A stretch of DNA of 64,000 nt from Antedon mediterranea (Eukaryota; Animalia; Echinodermata). The stretch spans positions 37,888,437 to 37,952,436 of the forward strand of contig NC_092672.1 in NCBI RefSeq assembly GCF_964355755.1. The letters run 5' to 3'. The notes below the pieces were generated by a model. The model had not been told where the DNA came from. It searched no databases and saw only the letters and a list, made by a program, of their open reading frames with translations. The position numbers and the translations under genes were made by a program. How positions within the stretch are numbered: position 1 is the first letter of the stretch; every line of letters starts with the position of its first letter. This document shows positions 61,012 through 64,000 of this stretch, piece after piece.

Positions 61012-63375
61012 TTAAGACTTTTTTACTCTGCGTTTAAGTGGAATGTTTAAATTTTCTTTGTCCAATTCAGACATAATTCGCTTAGTGTTGCCTCTTATGG
61101 GTGCAACTGCTGCTGACCCAACAACCCTAAGTGTATTTAATGTATGTCGAACATTATCAATTGTTGGATTGTCACCTGCTCCCTGTTTGTGTCTATAATG
61201 TCCAAAGTGCTGTTCGAGTACATCTTGATTAAACACACACGTATTTACAAATTTGGCTCCTTTTCCCAACAAATAACGAACACATGCTACAATAGAATTA
61301 ATGGTGATATGAAAGCCATGTATGGTTTGCTGACTTAGTAACATACGCTTTCTTTCTGCATCAGCAAATTTTCCTACTCGTTCTTTTACATCATTTTCCC
61401 ATTGCTCAAGGTATCCTAAAAACTCTGTCTCTAAATATGAAAGTCTTGGATCATGGATGTCTTTGTATGGATTTAAGTCTGTGTTTCTGGATAACTTACC
61501 AGCGTTATTGTTTCTTGTATTTAAGCAGTCAAAAAAGCGATTCATGTGAGTTATGAAGGTGATTGTTTCTCTTGCACTGTCACCATATACTTCTTTCATG
61601 TGCTGTGCAACTCTGTTACTGAAAACTTGAGCAGCTAAATTGACTTTCATCACACTGAAAGGGGTGAGGTCAATATGTGCTCTTGTTAGTTTTGTTTTTT
61701 TATACAATTTTCCTTCTGTGTGTTCTTCAAACAGTTGAACTAAACTCATCCATGAAATGTTCTGTCCACCTTTCCACAGATTTCTTGATTTTTTGTGACT
61801 ACCAGAATTTGAAAAACAATTTCTAGCTGTTTTTAGCAGATGAGGGACATCTGAAATAAAATATAGATTCCGATTTGGAGCAAAAGGATTTGTACAACTA
61901 AACTTGTTTTTAAGCCCATGAGAATCAAAAAATGATCTATTCTGGCTAGCACCATCACATGTAAGATACAAAACTTTCAGTCCAACATCTATTTCAAGTA
62001 GTTCAATGGCTCTCCATAAAATTGTGTGGAGATCTTCAGAACGTAGTCCATTTGTTGCAAAAACTGCCAATGGAAATTTTAAGTTACTTGTTGCCCCTCG
62101 TACCATAATAACTAATGCACTTTTTGCCATCTCATTGGTGATTTCATTTTTCTTATTTTCAATTTTGTGAATCTCATTGCTAATGTTATCTAAATTTGTA
62201 AATCCAATCAATTCATTAGTGGAGGCAGAATATACCAAGTCTTCTTTTATTTTAATTTCATCCTGTAAAATTCCAACATATGATCGCCATTCTTCAGTAA
62301 AGAGTCCTTTTCTTTTAGCCTCCTCGTGTAGCATTTCTAAAACTTCTTTCTGGTAACCTAATTTACTATCAATGACGTGGCTATAATCATATAATGTTCT
62401 TTCACTTGGTAAACTTATAAAACCAGTTTCTCTCAGTGCTTGATATGCAGTTGAAGATTTAGATTTCAAGTACAAAGCCCATTTCACAATAATAGGATGC
62501 CACCTCATCTGTCTTTTCTCTTTTAACTTGTTGAATTTTAATTGTTCTTCCCAAAATATTCTTTGAAATGAATCAGGATCTCGAAACAAATTGTTGAAAG
62601 CATTTTCTCCTTCTTGAATAATAGTTTCTAGGTCACCATTAGAATCATCTGTCAGTTCATTGTTCTTATATTTTTGATTAATTTCCTGATTAATTAATAT
62701 TTGCTTTTTTTTTCTTTCAACACTTTGACATTGTTTTTTTAGCATCTTACTTTTAATTAATAAATCATTTTTAGTCAAACTGGAATTAGGCCTTTTAGAT
62801 GACAATAATACTTCAAATGACTGATTGTGTTTCATAGATTTTCGCAATGATCGTCTGTATGTTGCACAATGGGGGCACCTGTTTGTTAAAGTAGTTAAAA
62901 GGAAGCAGCGATCAGTTCGGATTGTTTGTGTGTATTCTGCTCCACAATCATGTTCCACATACTTGTTTTCCTGCAATGCAGTTAAGTCAGGATTTCCTAT
63001 GCACACAGTATATTTATCAAACAAGAATTTTAAAAACATGAATAAATGATTAAACACATGCACCTTCCGTATACTTTCAAATATTGTATGATTATCAGGT
63101 AAGCGCTTGTTATGAACGATTACGGTTATATTAAAGTTTTTGTCAATGGTAACTGCCATCTTAACAGAAAAAAAACGTTTCTCATAGAACTGAATGAGTG
63201 TCAGATCACTAGTTGCCTTAATGACTTCAAAACCAATGTTATTCAGCTTTTCTTGTTTCCTTGTGCAATCAAATCGCAACTGCTGGTATGTCACATAATT
63301 GATGTTATCTTCTGTCTCAAGTTTTGTCAATGAAGATCCAAGTACTAAATAACTCTCAATTGGTTCCTTATGTTC
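61012..63375 (-). CDS. P-element/THAP9-superfamily DDE transposase, main exon (intact); 5' exon(s) upstream
   Basis: About 790 uninterrupted codons. WHPIIVKWAL, AYQALRETGFISLPSERTL, catalytic D in LQDEIKIKEDL, D in TCDGASQNR, SDVPHLLKTARNCF, MKVNLAAQVFS, NRFFDCLN, catalytic E in NQDVLEQHFG. Acceptor AG at 63376-77; candidate upstream exon about 63464-63653. Confidence 0.93.
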   Translation of the reverse strand, partial: EHKEPIESYLVLGSSLTKLETEDNINYVTYQQLRFDCTRKQEKLNNIGFEVIKATSDLTLIQFYEKRFFSVKMAVTIDKNFNITVIVHNKRLPDNHTIFESIRKVHVFNHLFMFLKFLFDKYTVCIGNPDLTALQENKYVEHDCGAEYTQTIRTDRCFLLTTLTNRCPHCATYRRSLRKSMKHNQSFEVLLSSKRPNSSLTKNDLLIKSKMLKKQCQSVERKKKQILINQEINQKYKNNELTDDSNGDLETIIQEGENAFNNLFRDPDSFQRIFWEEQLKFNKLKEKRQMRWHPIIVKWALYLKSKSSTAYQALRETGFISLPSERTLYDYSHVIDSKLGYQKEVLEMLHEEAKRKGLFTEEWRSYVGILQDEIKIKEDLVYSASTNELIGFTNLDNISNEIHKIENKKNEITNEMAKSALVIMVRGATSNLKFPLAVFATNGLRSEDLHTILWRAIELLEIDVGLKVLYLTCDGASQNRSFFDSHGLKNKFSCTNPFAPNRNLYFISDVPHLLKTARNCFSNSGSHKKSRNLWKGGQNISWMSLVQLFEEHTEGKLYKKTKLTRAHIDLTPFSVMKVNLAAQVFSNRVAQHMKEVYGDSARETITFITHMNRFFDCLNTRNNNAGKLSRNTDLNPYKDIHDPRLSYLETEFLGYLEQWENDVKERVGKFADAERKRMLLSQQTIHGFHITINSIVACVRYLLGKGAKFVNTCVFNQDVLEQHFGHYRHKQGAGDNPTIDNVRHTLNTLRVVGSAAVAPIRGNTKRIMSELDKENLNIPLKRRVKKS

Positions 63376-64000
63376 CTGCAATACACACAGAAACACTCAT
63401 TTATAACCACACTATAATGATTAAATACTTTATACAATCTTTTTACACAACCTATGTACTTACTTCAAGCAGTGGTTCATTGTGTACACTATGAACAACA
63501 CAATCACAATTTGCAAAATTTCCAGTGAAAGTCACAATGCTTAACTTGCTCAATTGGCTGACGAGTGAGTGGTTTTCGTTGAGATGGAAGACCATTAACA
63601 CAATATTTGTATCGTCTACCAATTAATGCTTTTCTTTTTTTTCTTGTCATGATCTGTTATAAATAAAAGAAAACATTGATCATTGGTTTGCACTGGTTTC
63701 TGTACATGCATTTCAGGCACTTACTTCTAGGCAAGAAACACTAAAGCCCCACTAAGCAATATAATAATCCCCCTCACCCTCACCCCCTCCCCCTCACCCC
63801 TCCCCCCTCACCCTCACTTCCCCAACCAATTTTGTTTGACCCCACCCAACTACCATTCCATACTACTGCACACCAAATAGAGCAGTAAAAACAAGTTTGG
63901 AAATAGGATCAATTTGATTTGACAAGGTAAAAGCTAGCCTAGCCTAGACTTAATTTAGGCGAAATTACGCTAATGAATGCATTATGAATCCCTGTGACTA

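Noticed and set aside
60573-63333. Small antisense ORFs overlapping the two transposon genes, and similar ones over RDH and DEPDC5 exons
   Set aside because: Shadow frames of real coding sequence with no independent motifs.
61012-63396. Domesticated host THAP9 ortholog
   Set aside because: No THAP domain seen, C-terminal domain missing, intronic position in MRPL16 and TE-like flanks favour a transposon; domestication is not strictly excluded without synteny data.

Overview
AT-rich, intron-containing animal genomic DNA from a marine invertebrate; an echinoderm-like deuterostome is my inference. It is not prokaryotic, and most ORFs in the supplied track are exon fragments or repeat artefacts. 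Host genes, left to right: two tandem 8-exon membrane-type matrix metalloproteinase paralogs (minus strand, 59-6365 and 10822-17936); a 4-exon RDH11/12/13/14-like short-chain dehydrogenase (plus, 25204-29293); DEPDC5 with about 30 exons (minus, 31191-48348); and the first three coding exons of MRPL16 (plus, 53921-55266), which the ORF track misses and which lie head-to-head with DEPDC5. Mobile DNA includes an internally deleted Transib with CACAGTG ends and a 5-bp TSD (22479-24659), a Helentron-like element carrying four tRNA-Val(AAC) copies nested in a 4.5-kb TIR element between the DEPDC5 and MRPL16 starts, many Harbinger-like MITEs, tRNA-derived SINEs, a LINE remnant and several satellites. 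The most notable item lies in the intron after MRPL16 exon 3. An intact P-element/THAP9-type transposase ORF stops just after its catalytic Glu, and a convergent, separately spliced gene carries motifs resembling the missing P-transposase C-terminal domain, which suggests a split, two-component P-type transposase. Also notable are a DEPDC5 exon fragment at the MMP duplication junction and a tandem array of extra splice acceptors in MMP paralog B. All homology calls come from recalled motifs, not database searches, and repeat boundaries are approximate.
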